From assembly GCA_964493885.1 (NCBI GenBank), contig CAZBPV010000001.1, positions 100,703 through 164,702 of the forward strand: a stretch of DNA of 64,000 nucleotides, read 5' to 3'. The notes under the pieces were generated by a model, which worked only from the letters and a program-made list of their open reading frames with translations, ran no database searches and was not told where the DNA came from. Source of the stretch: Candidatus Woesearchaeota archaeon. Its GTDB lineage: Archaea > Nanobdellota > Nanobdellia > Pacearchaeales > GW2011-AR1. Shown here in pieces: positions 62,873 to 64,000 of this stretch (position 1 is the stretch's first letter; each line of letters begins with the position of its first letter). The translations under genes were made by a program, and so were the position numbers.

Positions 62873-63030
62873 AATTTCAGCATGAGATGCGATTTTATAA
62901 GAATTTCTATGATAATAATTTTAACAAAAAAGCAATGCCAAGCTTTATAAAACCTCAATTTCTCAGTAAATGATAGAATAATATAAAGCAACTCGCTGTT
63001 TCTTTATGTTATAATACGGAGGATTAACTA

Positions 63031-63222
63031 ATGGGAGATTTCAATAGAGGACCTAGAAGAGATTTTGGTTCAAGAGGACCAAGAAGAGATTTTGATGGTC
63101 CAAGAACAATGCATAAGGCAACTTGTACAAAGTGTGGAAAAGAATGCGAAGTTCCTTTCAAACCAACTGAAGGAAAACCAGTATTTTGCCAAGAATGCTA
63201 TAGAAAAGAAAAGAGATTCTAA
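63031..63222 (+). CDS. RGG-rich CxxC-x17-CxxC zinc-ribbon protein, the short paralog
   Basis: CTKCGKECEVPFKPTEGKPVFCQEC. A GGAGGA lies 8 nt upstream of the ATG. Confidence 0.7.
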   Translation: MGDFNRGPRRDFGSRGPRRDFDGPRTMHKATCTKCGKECEVPFKPTEGKPVFCQECYRKEKRF

Positions 63223-63325
63223 ATCATCTTTTCAAAGATAATTTTTATTTTTTTATTTATAATTTATATATTTCTGTGTATTTTTATTCAATAAAATTTA
63301 TATAATCTGATTCTTTTTTGAAATA

Positions 63326-64000
63326 ATGGTAAAAACATATTCCAACTCTAGATTAAGCACTTTTGAGCAATGTCCATTAAAGTTCAAGTATCGTTATATA
63401 GATAAGATTTTTCCTGAAGTTGAAAAAACAATAGAAACTCATCTTGGAAGTTGTGTTCATAATATTTTAGAATGGGTTTACAATCAAGTAAAAGAAGGAA
63501 ATATTCCAACTCTTGATGATACAATTGTTTATTATTCTGACATATGGAAAAAAGACTATAAATCAAGCATGATAATTGTAAATCAGTCCTTAACCCAAAA
63601 AGATTACTTTGACAAAGGAATTCAGTTTCTTATTGATTATTATACAAAACATCAACCATTTCAAGATGGAACAATTGAGCTTGAAAAAGAAATACGAATT
63701 GCTCTTGATGAATCAGGAGAGTATGAAATAGTAGGATTTATCGATAGGTTAGTCAAAAATCTTCAAACAGGGGAATATGAAATCCATGATTATAAAACAG
63801 CAAATTCTCTTCCAACCCAGGAAAAAGTAGATTCAGACAGGCAATTAGCACTCTATGCAATTGCAATAAAAGAAATGTTTAACACTGAAGAAGTCTGTCT
63901 TATCTGGCACTATCTAGCGCATAATAAAAAAATCTGTTCTAAAAGAACAAATGAACAATTACAAAAATTAAAGCAAGAAACACTTGAATTAATAAAAAAA
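63326..64000 (+). CDS. PD-(D/E)XK (RecB/Cas4/AddB-type) nuclease-family protein, 3'-truncated by the window edge
   Basis: Hand translation is open to nt 64000. It reads MVKTYSNSRLSTFEQCPLKFKYRYI...VGFIDRLVKN..TGEYEIHDYKT...DRQLALYAIA (D, ExK-like DYK, QxxxY). Confidence 0.65.
   Translation, partial: MVKTYSNSRLSTFEQCPLKFKYRYIDKIFPEVEKTIETHLGSCVHNILEWVYNQVKEGNIPTLDDTIVYYSDIWKKDYKSSMIIVNQSLTQKDYFDKGIQFLIDYYTKHQPFQDGTIELEKEIRIALDESGEYEIVGFIDRLVKNLQTGEYEIHDYKTANSLPTQEKVDSDRQLALYAIAIKEMFNTEEVCLIWHYLAHNKKICSKRTNEQLQKLKQETLELIKK

Noticed and set aside
4589-63566. Many short track ORFs overlapping or antisense to well-supported genes. They start at 4589, 4725, 7066, 9285, 10148, 12076, 13043, 13952, 15565, 19413, 20622, 24179, 25052, 27856, 28068, 28412, 29363, 29454, 30033, 32864, 33683, 40333, 43574, 44479, 47203, 47455, 47486, 50664, 52618, 54058, 55654, 57179, 57811, 57869, 58831, 59461, 61309, 61639 and 63384.
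   Set aside because: Each lies within a longer ORF that has recognisable domains or operon context. Their sequences are low-complexity or off-frame-like. AT-rich genomes generate many such shadow ORFs.
1-64000. The possibility that the window is from a CPR bacterium, given the small-genome look, GGDEF, VirB4, PrgI-like and NlpC/P60-like genes
   Set aside because: aIF2-gamma, aIF5B, eS6, archaeal ThrRS editing domain, Elp3, a Dph2 fragment, a tRNA intron in the anticodon loop and TATA-type promoters all point to an archaeon. The bacterial-type genes are better explained by horizontal transfer.
1-64000. Stop-codon reassignment or recoding
   Set aside because: All conserved genes are intact under the standard code. 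No in-frame TGA, TAG or TAA interrupts recognisable domains.

Overview
This is an AT-rich segment (roughly two-thirds A+T by eye, not computed) that reads as archaeal chromosome. The host is probably a small-genome DPANN-type archaeon. That is an inference from aIF2-gamma, aIF5B, eS6, uS10, archaeal-type ThrRS and TrpRS, Elp3, an intron-containing tRNA and TATA-box promoters. I support about 75 protein genes, 2 tRNAs, 1 candidate structured ncRNA, no rRNA and no CRISPR array. Housekeeping content includes ppsA, trpS, thrS, serS, a dTMP module (thyA-like, tmk, a kinase-dCMP deaminase fusion), a circularly permuted GTPase and an extracytoplasmic disulfide/folding module. There are also two type II toxin-antitoxin pairs, a DUF134/DUF5320 operon and a 5'-truncated giant Cys-rich surface protein. 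The main accessory feature is a roughly 16-kb integrated element (about 29.8-45.96 kb). It abuts the 3' end of an intron-bearing tRNA-Asp and carries an intact tyrosine integrase. It also carries three DNA methyltransferases and several PD-(D/E)XK nuclease candidates. One gene is a GHKL-ATPase fused to a Shedu/DUF4263-like nuclease. A minimal VirB2/VirB6/VirB3-VirB4-like DNA-transfer module is present, and its ATPase has an extra C-terminal nuclease-like domain. These last two are my best candidates for undescribed systems. Other notable points: a complete GGDEF diguanylate cyclase in an archaeal context, and an intergenic RNA candidate made of three consecutive UUCG-capped hairpins. A TATA octamer sits exactly 29 nt upstream of the ATG at many genes, which suggests leaderless mRNAs. 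The two TA loci share an operator palindrome. All functional calls come from reading motifs in the translated ORFs; no database search was run.
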